DNA of 64,000 nt, taken from Scenedesmus sp. PABB004. Lineage: Eukaryota. Positions 23,149 to 39,552 of the stretch are shown here, one piece after another; position 1 is the stretch's first letter, and every line of letters begins with the position of its first letter. The stretch is taken from assembly GCA_014905635.1 (NCBI GenBank), contig JABVCE010000029.1:248001-312000 (forward strand), in the 5' to 3' direction. A model generated the notes under the pieces. The model searched no databases. It saw only the letters and a program-made list of their open reading frames with translations, and had not been told where the DNA came from. A program made the position numbers and the translations under genes.

Positions 23149-23759
23149 TCACTCGGTCCAGAGCTTCTCAAAGCCCCTGAACTCGCCGCTCGCTGCGCTC
23201 CAGCTCGCCGCGACGCCCGCGACGTCGGCCTCGGGGCTGCCCGTGTGCAGCCAGGCCAGCATGGCTCGCAGGTCCTCCTCGCGCCCCTCGCACGTCACCT
23301 CGACGCGCCCGTCTCGCCTGCTGGGCGGGCGGGTGGGAGGGGTGTGTTGTTTGTGGTTTTAGATTGAGGGACGCCGGCCCGGCCCGGCTCGCCGGCTGCG
23401 CGCGCGGCTGCGCGCGCCGGCGCTGCGCGCGCCGCCTGCACCGGTTCCGGACCCATCCGGTCAGGCCCAGCTCCAGCGCCTTGCTGTGGGCGTAGTTTCG
23501 GAAGAACACGCCCTGCACCCGCCCTGCGGCAGAGGGTGCGGTGCGCCCCCGGCCGTCGGCGCGCGCCGCGGTGCCCCCGGCGCAGGCAGAGCAGCGCCCC
23601 GGCCGCCGCACCTGACACAAAGGCGTGGAGGCGCCTGTCGGCGGGAGCGGCGGCAGTGCCCATGCCGCCGCCGCTGCCGAAAGCAGCGAGCGTGCGCCGC
23701 GGGCGCGCCGCCGCGGCAGCGGCGGTGCGGAGCGCGGGCGCGGCGCGTGCGCCCAGCAT
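23149..23759 (-). CDS. ACYP: Acylphosphatase with N-terminal targeting peptide, 3 exons
   Basis: VSG|RVQGVFFR, ALELGLTGWVRN|RRDGRVEVTCEG, WLHTGSP; stop at 23149-23151. Confidence 0.9.
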
Positions 23760-24071
23760 GCAGGCGGCGGCCTGGCGGCGGCGGCGGCGTGGCGGCGGCG
23801 GCGGCGGGACTGGCGCCGCTGCGGCGGCCGCGCTCGGCCAGCAGCAGGCGTGGCGGTTGGCGCAGACCGTCATTCGCGGTTGAGAGCGCCCCGCGGCACG
23901 CCGCCGCGGCCGGCCTCCTCCCCTTTGCAAGACCACACCGCCCAGACCATCACCCAGGCGCGCCCGACGCCGCCAGCGCCGCTCGTGCGAGCACGCCCCA
24001 CCGCCGCCCGGCGTCGCTGCCGCCGCCGCGCCAAGCTGGCTGCTGCCGTGGATCCGCCCCGGCGCGGCGGG

Positions 24072-26020
24072 ATGCTGCTTCCAGCGCTGCTCGCAGCGCT
24101 GCTGGCGCTCCTGGCCGCCGTGGAGCTCGGTGCGGGCGCCGCGGCGCGGCAGCAGCGCGGCGGTTGGGCGCCTCCCGGCGCGTGGGCCGGCTGCGGCGTC
24201 TCCCCGCGCCTGGGCCGGCCGCGGCCGCCTTCAGGGCGCGCCCTGACGGGCGCCGCCGCGGCGTCGCGCGCCGCCGCCGCGCCGCGCTGCGCGCCCGCCG
24301 CGCAGGCCAGGTCCCCGTGCGGCTGCCCTTCCCGCCGGGCGTGGAGTACGACTACATGGCCGAGCCCCCGCCGGGGTCGCTGCCGGTGCGCTGGGACGCG
24401 GGCTTCAAGCCCGGCAACGAGGCGCTCGCCGCCGCGCGCGTCGTGCTAGCCGACCGCATCGTCGGCGTCGAGACGGTCGCGGTCGCGCCCGACGGCCGCC
24501 TGGGGCTGGTGGACAAGTGGGGTCAGGTGCGGCGCGCGTGGCTCGCGGCGCGCGCGGGCCCGCGGCGGCCCTCGCGCCGGCGCCGTGCGCCCGCACTCTC
24601 TCATCGCACACGCTGCCGCGCCGCGCTCCCTTGCGTCCCGCGCCGCGCTGCTCGCTCGCCGCGTCAGATCTTCATCGCGACGCCCGACGGCGCCGGCGGC
24701 TACGCGCTGCCCGACGAGCCGCTCGCCTACTCCAGCCCCGGGCGCACGCTCGGCGCCGCATTTGACGCGGCCGGCGACCTCTACATCGCCAACAGCCCCC
24801 TCGGCCTGCTGCAGCTCGTGTCGCCGGGCGGCGGCGAGGCGCAGCGCCTGCTGCTCGCGGCGGGGCGCGTGGCGGACGAGTCGCCGCTCATGCCGGGGCA
24901 CCCCGTCGAGTTTGCAAACGACCTCGACATCGCCTCGGACGGCACCGTCTACCTCTCCTGCTCCACCGACGTGCTCGCGTACAAGTGCGGCGCCCGGCAG
25001 AGCCGCTGAGACCGCGCGGCCGAGCGCTTACGCGGCCGAGGGCGCTCACGCGGCCGCGAGCGCTCGCACGCCAGTCCGCGCCGCGCCGACCCGGCCCGCG
25101 CCGGCCCGCGCCGCGCGGCGCCGCAGGACGGCGGACAGCAGCTGGGACGCGCTCGACAGCGTGTACGTCACGCTCGCCAAGGGCGCGCCCGCGGGCATGC
25201 TGCTCGCGCACCACCCCGGCAACGGCTCCACGACAGCGCTCATGGCGGGGCTCTGGTTTGCAAACGGCGTCGCGCTGTCGCACGGCGAGGAGTACGTGCT
25301 CGTTGCCGACTCCATCCAGGCGCGCATCCACAGGTGCGCGCGTCCCTGCGTGGCCCTGTGCGCGCGACCCGGCCGTGCCGCCGAGCGCGGCGGCGGCCTC
25401 GCGCGGCGTGCCCGGGGTGGCTGCGCGCGCCTGCGCCCACTCGCCCGCCCGCCCCCGCGCGGCCGCGCCGCGCGGCAGGTACTGGCTCAAGGGCCCGCGC
25501 GCGGGCAGCAGCGAGGTGTTTGCCGACAACCTGCCCGGCCCGCCCGACGGCGTGAGCCGCGCGAGCGACGGCAACTTCTGGGTCGCGATCTACGGCGAGG
25601 TGCGTGCGCGCGCGCACGCACGTGTGTGTGTGTGTGGGGGGGGCACCGGGGGCACGCCGGCGGCGCTGCGAGCTGCGCACACGCTGCGCCGCTGCCGCAC
25701 CACTGCCTCGCCGCTGCCGCGCTGCGCGGCCGCCCGCCCACCCGATCCGCGCCGCGCAGGTGCCTGGCATCATCGCGCAGTCGCACCGCCGCCTGGTGCG
25801 GCTGCTCATCGCGTGGGCGCCGCGCCTCATGCGCCTGCTGCGCCTGCACGCGCCGCGCATGGGCCTGGTGCTCAAGCTCAGCCCCGAGGGCAAGGTCCTC
25901 TCCTCGCTCGCCGACACGCGCGGCGCGGCGGTGTGGGGCGTGACGAGCGCGGTCGAGGCGCGCGGCGCGCTGTGGCTCGGCAGCCTCGGCGGCGCCGGCG
26001 TGCGCGTGCTCGACCTGTGA
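24072..26020 (+). CDS. Strictosidine synthase-like/APMAP-family beta-propeller protein with signal peptide, 6 exons
   Basis: [85 protein letters not shown] at 26097. Confidence 0.9.
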
Positions 26021-26437
26021 CGGCCGCGGCGCGTGCGTGTTGTTGGTGGAGACTGCAAACAGGGCGGGGGCTGCATCGGGCCGCATCATCACGAGGTGTA
26101 AAGGCGCGGGCGGGCGCGGGCGGCGGGTCCGACTCGCGGCGGCGGCGGCGGCGCGGGGTTGGCTCGGCGGCAGGGGCCCCCACGCAGCGCCCGGGCCGCC
26201 GGGCGGCCACTCGCCGGCGACGTGTGCGCGAGCGCTGCGCGTCTGGCACAGCCCAGGGCCGTGAGCCCGCGCCGCGCTGCGACGTTTTGCCCGCACCAAT
26301 CGAGCGCACGCCCCGCGCCCGCGCCCACACGCGCCATGGACTCGCCCGACCTGCGCCCGCCGCCCTGCGCGCGCCGCTGCGCGTTCGGCGCCTAGGCGCC
26401 CACCGCCCCAGCGCGGCCCCGGCGTCGGCGGGGCGCC

Positions 26438-31073
<4,636 letters not shown>

Positions 31074-32343
31074 GGCGGCCCCGCCGCGGCGCCGCGGCCG
31101 CCCCGGCGCGGCAGCGGGGGCGCGACGGCGGGGGCGCGGCGCGCCGGGCGGGCCGCCACGGTGCATATCATCGCGGCGGCCGGCCGGCGCGCCGCGCGGG
31201 TTGCGCGGCGCGCATTGTGCAGCGGGGCTCGGCGGCGGCAGTCGTACTCAGAGCGGACGCTTGTTTCGCGCAGGGTGTCGCGTCTTCTCTCTCTCTTCCT
31301 CTGCCGGAAGCACTGTCGAGTGTAGGTCAGTCAGCTCGCATGCCCGGGGGGCGGGCGGCGGGGGCAGAAGCATTCTTTGGCAGCAGGGGGGCGCGGGCAG
31401 GGAGGCCCCGCGAAACCCTGGTGTGCGGGGGCGGCGCGGCAGGCAGGCAGGCCCCCGGCAGCGACAGCGGCGAGCGGCGGCGGCCCGCAGTGCGCCCACG
31501 CCTGCTGGTGGGCGCACACTCGGCGCCGCCGCTCCGCTCTGTGTGCGCCGCCACGGCGCGCGTGCTGCTCGCGGGGGCCGTCCACGGCGGGCGGGGCACG
31601 TGGCGAGCGGGGCGGGCGCAGGCACAGTCAGACCTGCGCGAGGCATCGATCTGTCGGCCGCCTTGACTGCGAGTTGATCGCGCGTGCGGGGGGTGTCGCG
31701 CCCTGGACTGACCATGAGCAGCTGAGTAACTCGAAGCCTTGCCTTCTTCCCCGGTCTGCATACACCCGAGGCCGCCGCCGTTCATTACAGCGCCGCGCGC
31801 TCCAAAACGAAACCCCGGACAGATTTGCGGTCACCCGCGTGGGCCCAGCCGCGCCGCTCAACGCCGCCGCGCCGCCGGCCGGTGCGCTCGACCCACAGTG
31901 TGCTCGCAGCGATGGCAGCCGCGCCAGGCTGCATGGCTGCACGGGTTTTGTTGCTCTACGTCTATAGGCGAGGCTCATCCCCCCGCCCCGCGCCCCCCGA
32001 CCGGCCCCACGGCCCGCGGCAGCCGCTGCTGCCGACCTGGGGCCGTCGAGCGCGGCCCCGCCGCTGGACCGGGCGGCCGCATTGGCAGCGCTGCCCCTCC
32101 ACGCGCCGGCGCCGGCCTGCGCCGGCGCCGCCCTGGCCCGGCGCGCGCAGCCGCCTGCTGCGCCCCGCTGCGTCTCCACCGCCGCCGCCTGCGGCGCCGC
32201 CGGCGTGGAGCGGGCGCGCGTGAGCGCGCGCGCGGCGGCGGCGCGCCGCCCGCGCGCGCCGCCGGGCGCGCCGCCAGGGCGCGCCCCCGCGCGCCGCCGC
32301 CGCGCGCCGCGCGCCGCACCTCGCCGCCGGCCGCCGCGGGCGC

Positions 32344-33753
32344 TCAGAGCAGCCGCATGCGCGCCTGGTCGTCGGGCTGGCGCAGGTGGCCGAACTGCGC
32401 GCTGTAGCGGTCGTACGCGGTGAGGCAGCCCGCGTCGGTCATGCGGCGGAAGGTCTCGGTGTCGTTGAGAATCTTAGTCGCGGGGTGGTCGCTCGGCAGC
32501 TTGCGCGCAAAGTGGCCCTTGTTGTTGGCGAGCGCGCAGTCGTAGAACGAGTCGGCCTTGTCGATGCCAAACCAGGCCAGCAGCTCGTCCAGGAAGTAGG
32601 GGTTGAGCGCGCCGCTGGCGGTCTTGAGGTCCTCGTAGAAGAAGACCTTGAACGCGGTCGCGTTGCCGCAGCCGGGCGTCTCCCCGCTGGCGTCGCCAAA
32701 GATGCGCTGGAAGTGGGCCGTCCACTTGAGGCACTGCCGCGTCGAGAGCGCGTACCAGTCGTCCCAGTCCCAGAGCTTGGGGTCGACCACGCCCGTGTGC
32801 GACTTGCCCGTGCGCAGGCGCTGGTAGTCGCCCATGATCGCGCGCAGCGGGTGCCGGATCACCACGACCGCGCGCTTCCACCTGCGCGCGCCGCCCCGCA
32901 CGCGTGCCGGCGGCGGCTCGGCGGCCGGCAACGGCGCGCCCACGCGGCGGGCCGCTGCGGCGCGCGGCAGATGGCGGGCGCCGCGCGGCGCCGCACCAGC
33001 AGCTGAACATGTGGGTCTTGACCGCGATGCTCTTGTCCCACATGTAGCTGTCGTCGCACTCGGCCGTGAACACGGGCTGCAGCGACTTGTCGCAGTACAC
33101 GCTGCGCGTGCACGCAGGAATGCATAAGCCGCGGCGTCAGCCGTGGCGGCGGCGCGCCAGCAAAACATACGCGTGCGTCAGCCGCGGCGTCAGTCGTGGC
33201 GGGGCTGGCGCCGCCAGCAAAAAAAACACCTCGGCCCCGCCGCCCTGCGCAAGCAATGCGGCCGCCGCCGCACCTGCTCGTGTGGTAGCCCGTGAGCGTC
33301 TCAATGATGTGCCGCACCCAAGTGTTGCCGCTGCCAGGGAAGGTCATCAGCGCGGTCGTCGTCCGCGGCTCCTGCGGCGGCGCGCGCGCGCGGCGGCGGC
33401 GGTCGGTGCGCGCGCGGCGGTGCGCGCGCAGCACCGCAGGGAGGCGGCGGCAGCTGCGGGGCAGCTGCCCGGGCGCGCGGGAGCTGCGGCCAGCTCTGAC
33501 TGGCTGCGAGCGCCGCTGCGGGGCGCCGCGGCCAGCACTCTGGCCTGGCTGCGGCGTGCGCCGCGCGGCCGCCCCCTCGCCGGTGCGCCCGCGACCGCAC
33601 CGGCAGGTAGGATTTGGTGTCCGGGCAGCACACCACGGGCACCTCCGGCTTTGCACCTGCTGCCGGGCAGGGCGAGGCGAGCAGCTGCGCGCCCGCCGTC
33701 AGCACCAGCAGCTGCCAGCCCACCAGCCGCCAGCTGCTGCTTCTACACCGCAT
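32344..33753 (-). CDS. WSCD-family-like sulfotransferase domain protein with N-terminal signal/anchor, 4 exons
   Basis: ALMTFPGSGNTWVRHIIETLTGY (5'-PAPS loop), IAVKTH, VVIRHPLRAI (3'-PB), FFYEDLK; hydrophobic N-terminus. Confidence 0.85.
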
Positions 33754-34485
33754 GGCTGCTCCCCGCCCGCGCCCGCGGGCTGGCGGGGCCGGCGCGGGGC
33801 GCGCCCTGGTGGGCGGCGATGGTTCGCCCCTCGCGGCTCAGGGGCGCGCTGGCTGCTGCTGCCGAGCTCCCCGGAGTGATTGAACGTCGGTGCGAGTGCG
33901 TGGGACGCTGTGCCCCGGAGTGCCGGGGGCTGGGGACGCCGGGGCGGGCGAGGCAGTTGACGTTTCAGCCCCGAAACTGCCAGCGCAGGGCCCGCGCACG
34001 GCTCAAGGACAAGCACCGAGATCGCCGTGCCAGTCATCGCGCGCCTGCCGCTCGCCGCCGACCGCCGCCGCCACAGCCGGTGTCGCCGATCGGCGGCGTG
34101 CTGCGCGCCGCTCCTCGCGGCGGCAGGCCCCGCGTCACTCCACCGCAGGCTCCCCCCAGACCAACTCCGGTGCCACGCGGCCAGCTGATGCGCGTGCACG
34201 CACCCACAGGTGATCGCGTGCGACCGATGCGCGCAGCACGGTGCGCGCAGCACGCGGCACGCGCGGGTGATGATGATAGCTGCCAGGCCAGCGCGGATGA
34301 TGATAGGCGCGCGCCCCGCCTGCCCCCTTGCTCATGCGCCCACACGCACGCGCGCCTCCCGGCCTTCATGCCCTCCTGGCCATGCTGTGCCGTGCATGCG
34401 CGTGCGCCGCCCGCCCACCCTCGCCGCGCGCGCGTCCTGCCGCGTTGCGGCTCCCAAAGCGGCTCACACAACTCGAGCCCCCTCA

Positions 34486-37400
34486 TCACGCCAGGAACGG
34501 CGCGGCGTCGGGGTGCGCCGCCTTGAGCCCCGCGACCGCCTCGTTGCGCAGCATGGCCGCGAGCGCGAGCTTCAGCTCCTCGCCGCCGCTTGCCGCGTCG
34601 ATCGCAAAACGCCCGAGCGCGCTGCTGCCGGCGACGGTGAGGTCGTAGCTCACAAACAGCATGGTCACGTCCTTGCGCAGCGCAAAGTTGACCCAGAGCC
34701 CGTTGAGGCGCAGCAGGTCGCCGCCGTCGAGCGCCGCCGCCGCGGCCGACAGCGCGGACAGCGCGGCCGCGCGCTCGTCGGGGGCGGCCTTGGCCGCCGC
34801 GTCGGCGGCGAAGACGAGCGCGGTCGCGTTGTCGAGGCCGGCGCTCGCGGCCGCGAGCGCGCGCCACTCGGGCGTGCCGCTGCTCAGCGCCGCCGCGACG
34901 GCGGCCTGCGCGGCCGCGAGCGCCGCGTTGGCCGCGCCCGCGGCGGCCGCCTCGGCGCTGCCCGGCGTGGCGTCGGCCGCGCTCGCCGCCGCGGCCAGCC
35001 GCGCCTCGGCCGAGGCGCGCCGCGCCCACGCGGGGCCGGCGCTCGCGCCGTCCGCCGCCGCCTGCGCGGCCGCGAGGCCCGCGCGCGCGGCGGCCAGCTT
35101 GGCCGCCGCCGCGCCGCTGACGTCGGCGAGCGCCGCGCTCGCCGCGGCGAGCTCCTCCGCGGCGGCCTGGTACGCCGCCCACGCCTCGGCCGCCGCGGCG
35201 CAGTTGGCCTGGCTCCAGGCGTACGAGTCGCAGCGGCTGTTGTTGGCGTTGTACGCCGCCTTGAGCTCCTCCGCCGTGCCCTGCGCCACCTCCACCGCCG
35301 CGAGCGCGTCCGCCGTCGCCGCGGCATACCTGCGCGGCGGGCGGCGGGTCGGCCGCGGCGCGGGCCGGGCGCGGCGGGGGCCACGGCGCAGCGCGGGGCC
35401 GGGCGCGGCACTGCACGCGCGCTCACTCAGCCTGCGTGCTCGCGACGGCGCCCTTGGCGGCCTGCAGCTCGGCAAACGCCGCGGCCTGCGCCGCCACCGC
35501 CGCCGCGTCGGCCGCCTGGAACGCGTCGGCCGCGCTCGCGTGCTCCGCCGCGCGGCGCTTGCGCAGCGCGTCGTATGCGGCACTCGCGCTGGCCGCCCGG
35601 GCCTGCGCGGTGCTCAGGTCGTCCACCGCCTGCGGGCGCGCGGCGCGCGGCGCGCGGCGCGCGGCGCGCGTCAGCCCCCTGGTTGGAGGGCGGCCGCCGG
35701 CGTCTGCCGCCCGCTCGCACGCGCGCGCCGCGCCTTCTTGCGCGTGGCCTCAAAGTCGGACGACGCGGCGCCGAGCTGGCGCTGCGCCTCCAGCAGGTCG
35801 TTCAGGTAGGCCCCGGCCTGCGCGGGCTGGGGCGTGGCGTCGGGCGCGTCGACGCTCTGGATCGCGGCCGCCGCGGACGCGAGCACGCCCGCCACGCGCG
35901 ACGCCGCGAGCGGCGCAAACGCCTGCGGCCGCGCGCGGGCGCGCGGGCGGGGGCGTATGTCGGCGGGCGGTGGCGCGGCGGCGGGCGCGGCGGCGGGCGG
36001 GAGCACGGCGGCGGCGCGGGCCCGGGCGCGCGCCCCGCCCGGTCCCGCGCCTGGGTGAACTGCGTGTCGTTGAAGGCGGCGACGAACGCGACGCCGTCGG
36101 GCGTGAGCTCAAACTCCACGCCCGCCGCCATGTCCAGGAAGGCGAGCTGCCCCTCCAGGTACATGCCCGGCTGCACGCCCAGCGCGGGCACGGCCTTGGC
36201 CGCGTACGTCTGCCGCACGCCGCCCAGCACCGGCGAGATCGCGCCGAGCTTGACCTTGGCGCCCAGCGCCGCGGCGAGCGCCTGCACGTCCACGCGCGGC
36301 ACGGACGCGGCAAACGCGAGCGCCTGCGCGCCGGCGTCCCAGGTCCACGCCGCCGACGTGGCGGGCACGCCGAGCACGGTCGCGGGGGCGGAGACGGTGA
36401 GCTCGGACAGCGCGAGGGGCCGTACGACACCGCGCCGTCGAGCGACAGGGGGCCAAACTGCACGACGTTGAGCTTGTCGAAGCCCACGCCCGGCGCAAGC
36501 GCGCCGCCGCGCAGGCGCGCCGAGACGGGGCCGGCGCCGGTCAGCGGCAGCGCCGCGTCGAGCCGCAGCGGCACCGGCGCCGCCACGCCCGGCAGGCGCA
36601 GCGCCGCGGCCAGGCCGCCCGCGAGCGCGGCGTCGCCCGCGCCGGCCGCGTCGGCCGCGTCGGGCGCGAGCGCGAGCATCGCCGCGCCGGCGGACGCAAA
36701 CGGCGGCGGCAGCTGCAGCTCGAGCGGCTCCTGCACGCCCAGCGCGAGCCCGGCGGGGCTGGAGCGCAGCGCGACGTCGCTGACGCCGCCGCCGACCGCG
36801 CCGAGCACGCGCGTCAGCCCCGCCGCGCCGTCCAGGCTCGGCGTCGCCAGGATGGAGAAACCGCTGCCGCCGCCATCGGCGCTGGCGCCGGCGCTGCCGG
36901 CGCTGCTGGCGTTGGCGTAGGTGACCGTCACGCGCGCAAACGCCATGCCCGCCGTCGTGGCGGCGAGGTGGTGCGGCACCGCGGCCGGCGGGAAGATCGT
37001 CTGCACCATTGCGTTCACGCTCGCCTCGCGCTCCGACGCGGCCATCGTGAAGCGCACGCCGCCGTCGGGCGCGATCGTGGCGGCCGCCGAGACGGGCAGC
37101 CCCGCGAGCGTGCCGTCGGCCGCGGCCGCAAAGCCGCCGTCGGGCAGGGCGGAGAGCTCGAGGTCGTCGTAGATGAAGAGGTGAGGGATGGGCTGGCTGG
37201 GGCCGTACGTCTGCGTTTGTGAGTGCGTGTGGGCGGGTGCGGCGCGTGCGCGGCGCGTGCGGGCTGCGGCGGGCGGGCGCGTCCGCGCGAGCGGCCGGAG
37301 GCCGGGCGGCAACGTTCGCGCGGCGCGCTGCGCGGCGCGCACCTGGAGGGTGACCTGGTTGCCCGGGCGCACGTTGAGCGTCGCGGTCGCGCGCGCGAGG

Positions 37401-39051
37401 CCGACCGCGGGCAGGTCCACCGCCGTCGCGGCGTACATGACCGTCGGCGCGGCGTTGTAGAGCAGCACCGGCTCGCCGGACAGCGCCAGCAGGCGGTCGG
37501 GCAGCTCAAAGGGCAGGCCCATGCGGCGGGAGAGGCCTGACGCGCTCCACGCGCCGCCGAGGCCGAGCGCGAGCTCCGTCACGCCGTGGCCGCCGCTGAC
37601 GGTCAGCGACGCGAGCGGCGTCGCGACGCCCGGCTCGGCCGCCGACGGCGGCGCGACGCCAAACGCGGCCATGAGCGGCTGCTCGACCGCCGCGAGCAGC
37701 GGCAGCGCGCTGCCGGCGGCGCCGGTGAAGGTGACGGCCGCGTCGGTGCTGTCAAAGGCCACGTCCAGCGCGAGCGCGCGCGCCGGCGGCAGCTTCTCCT
37801 GCGGGGGCGCCGCGGCGGCGGCGGCCGGGCGCGCGGGCGGGCGGCGCGTGGGCGGCGCGCTGCCGCCTGCCTGCCTCGGCCCGCCAGCTTCTTTTGACAG
37901 GCTGCGCACCGCCCACGCGTTGTCCTCGCACTCGCGCACCTGCACCACCATCCAGGGCATGAGGCCGGACATGGTGTCGGTCACAACGTCGGCCGCCAGC
38001 TCCACCTCCGGCCCGCTCATCGCGCCGGTCGTGGCAAAGCGCGCGCCGAGCGTGAGGTTGCCGTCCCACGCGAGCTGCGCGAGCGCCTCGCCGCCGGCCG
38101 CGGCGCTCGCCTCGTCGCGCGCCGCGAGCGCGGCGGCCGCGGCGCGGCGCGCGTCGAAGCGCGGCCGCGCCGCCGTGACGCGGGCGACCGCGGCGCGGCG
38201 CGCGGCCGCGAGCGCCGCCTGCGGGCCCGCGCCGCGCTCGGCGGCGCCGCTGAGCAGCGCGCTGTGGCCGTTGAAGGGCAGGCAGGTCATGCGGTCGTAG
38301 CTGGAGGCCTGGCTCTCCCAGAGCGCCCGCCCCGCCGCGATGTCGGCGGGCGGCACGGCGCCGGCCGAAAAGTCGTCCACCTCGGGCAGCTGGCTCGCGC
38401 CGTCGACGAGCGCCGACCTGATGGCCAGCGGCATCGCCGTGACCACCGCCAGCGTGAGCTGCTGCGCGTCGCTCGCGCCGGCGGGCCGCGGCGTGCGCGC
38501 GGGGTCTGTGCGGGCGGCGCGGCGGGCGGCGCGGTCAGCCCCGCGTGCCGCCACCTCGGCAGCAGCTGCCGCGGCCGGAGCCCCGCGCGCAACGCGCACC
38601 ACATGCCGAGGTCTCGTTCAGCGCCGGGCAGGCCGCGCCGGGCTTGAGCAGCGGCCGGCTGCGGCTGTGGCTCCACTCGTTCAGCCCGGTGCGCGTGCAG
38701 GCGCTGAACGGGCCCCACGCGCCCACCTGGCAGGCAGCCGCCGGCGGCGGCGCGCCCGCCAGCGGCGCTGCACTGCCGAGCTGGCGTTGGAGCCTGCGCG
38801 GCGGCTGCTGCGACGGGCCTGCGGCAGCGGTGTCGCGGCAGCAGCGGCAGCAGCGGCGGCGGTGGCGGCGGCGGCGTCAGGGGCTGTGCGGCGGCTCAGC
38901 AGGGCCGTCCGGAGCCTGAAGGGCCGTGAGCTGCGCCTCCCCGGCAGCTCCGCGCAGCCCCCGCACCCGCTGCGGCGCCTGCCAGCACTGCGGCGCCCGC
39001 CAGCAGGACCAGCGCCCAGGCAGCGCGCAACGGGGCGCGCAGGCGCGGCAT
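34486..39051 (-). CDS. Large secreted protein of unknown function: signal peptide, TSP1-like module, long beta-rich region, Ala-rich coiled coil; ~8 exons, apparent frameshift at ~36418
   Basis: MPRLRAPLRAAWALVLLAGAAVLAG; CQVGAWGPFSAC...RSRP...CPALNETSAC; amphipathic beta segments; helical heptad-like C-terminal part. Splice phases are consistent except for the 1-nt gap. Confidence 0.7.
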
Positions 39052-39552
39052 GGCCTGTACTCGAGCTGTTTGGGTCACGGGTGATTTCTGGAGCTGCGTA
39101 GGGGCTCAGAGCGCATCGGTGCCGGCCGAGCCGCGCGCGCGCGCCGGGAGCTGCGCGCGCCCGGCGCCCGTGCTGCGGCGCCGAGCACGCGAGCGAGCCG
39201 GCCTCACGAGGGCGCTGCGTTTGGCCACCGGCGTGCGGCGTCGCGACGCCGTGCGGACCCGGGGCAGATGAGGGCGCGAGAGCTGCGTCGCGGCCTGGGC
39301 GCGTCAAGGGGGCCGGACGCCGCGGCTGTGAGCTCTCCTGCCTCCAGACAGCGGCTGGAAGCTTCCCCGCGACGCTCGCGGGCAGGGCGCCCGGCCAGCT
39401 GCCAGCGAGTCCGCGCGTGCGCCGCGGCCGCCGCCCGGGGCCCTGCCTCACGCCCCGGCCGCCCCCAGGCTGTGCTCCACTAGCCTAGTGAGTGATGGGC
39501 CGCAGCCATCTCATTGTCGGCCTCGCCTGACCGCGGGGGCGAGCGCTTGACC

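Noticed and set aside
34267..34303. TGATGA repeats resembling snoRNA C boxes
   Set aside because: No properly placed D box (CTGA) or terminal stem.
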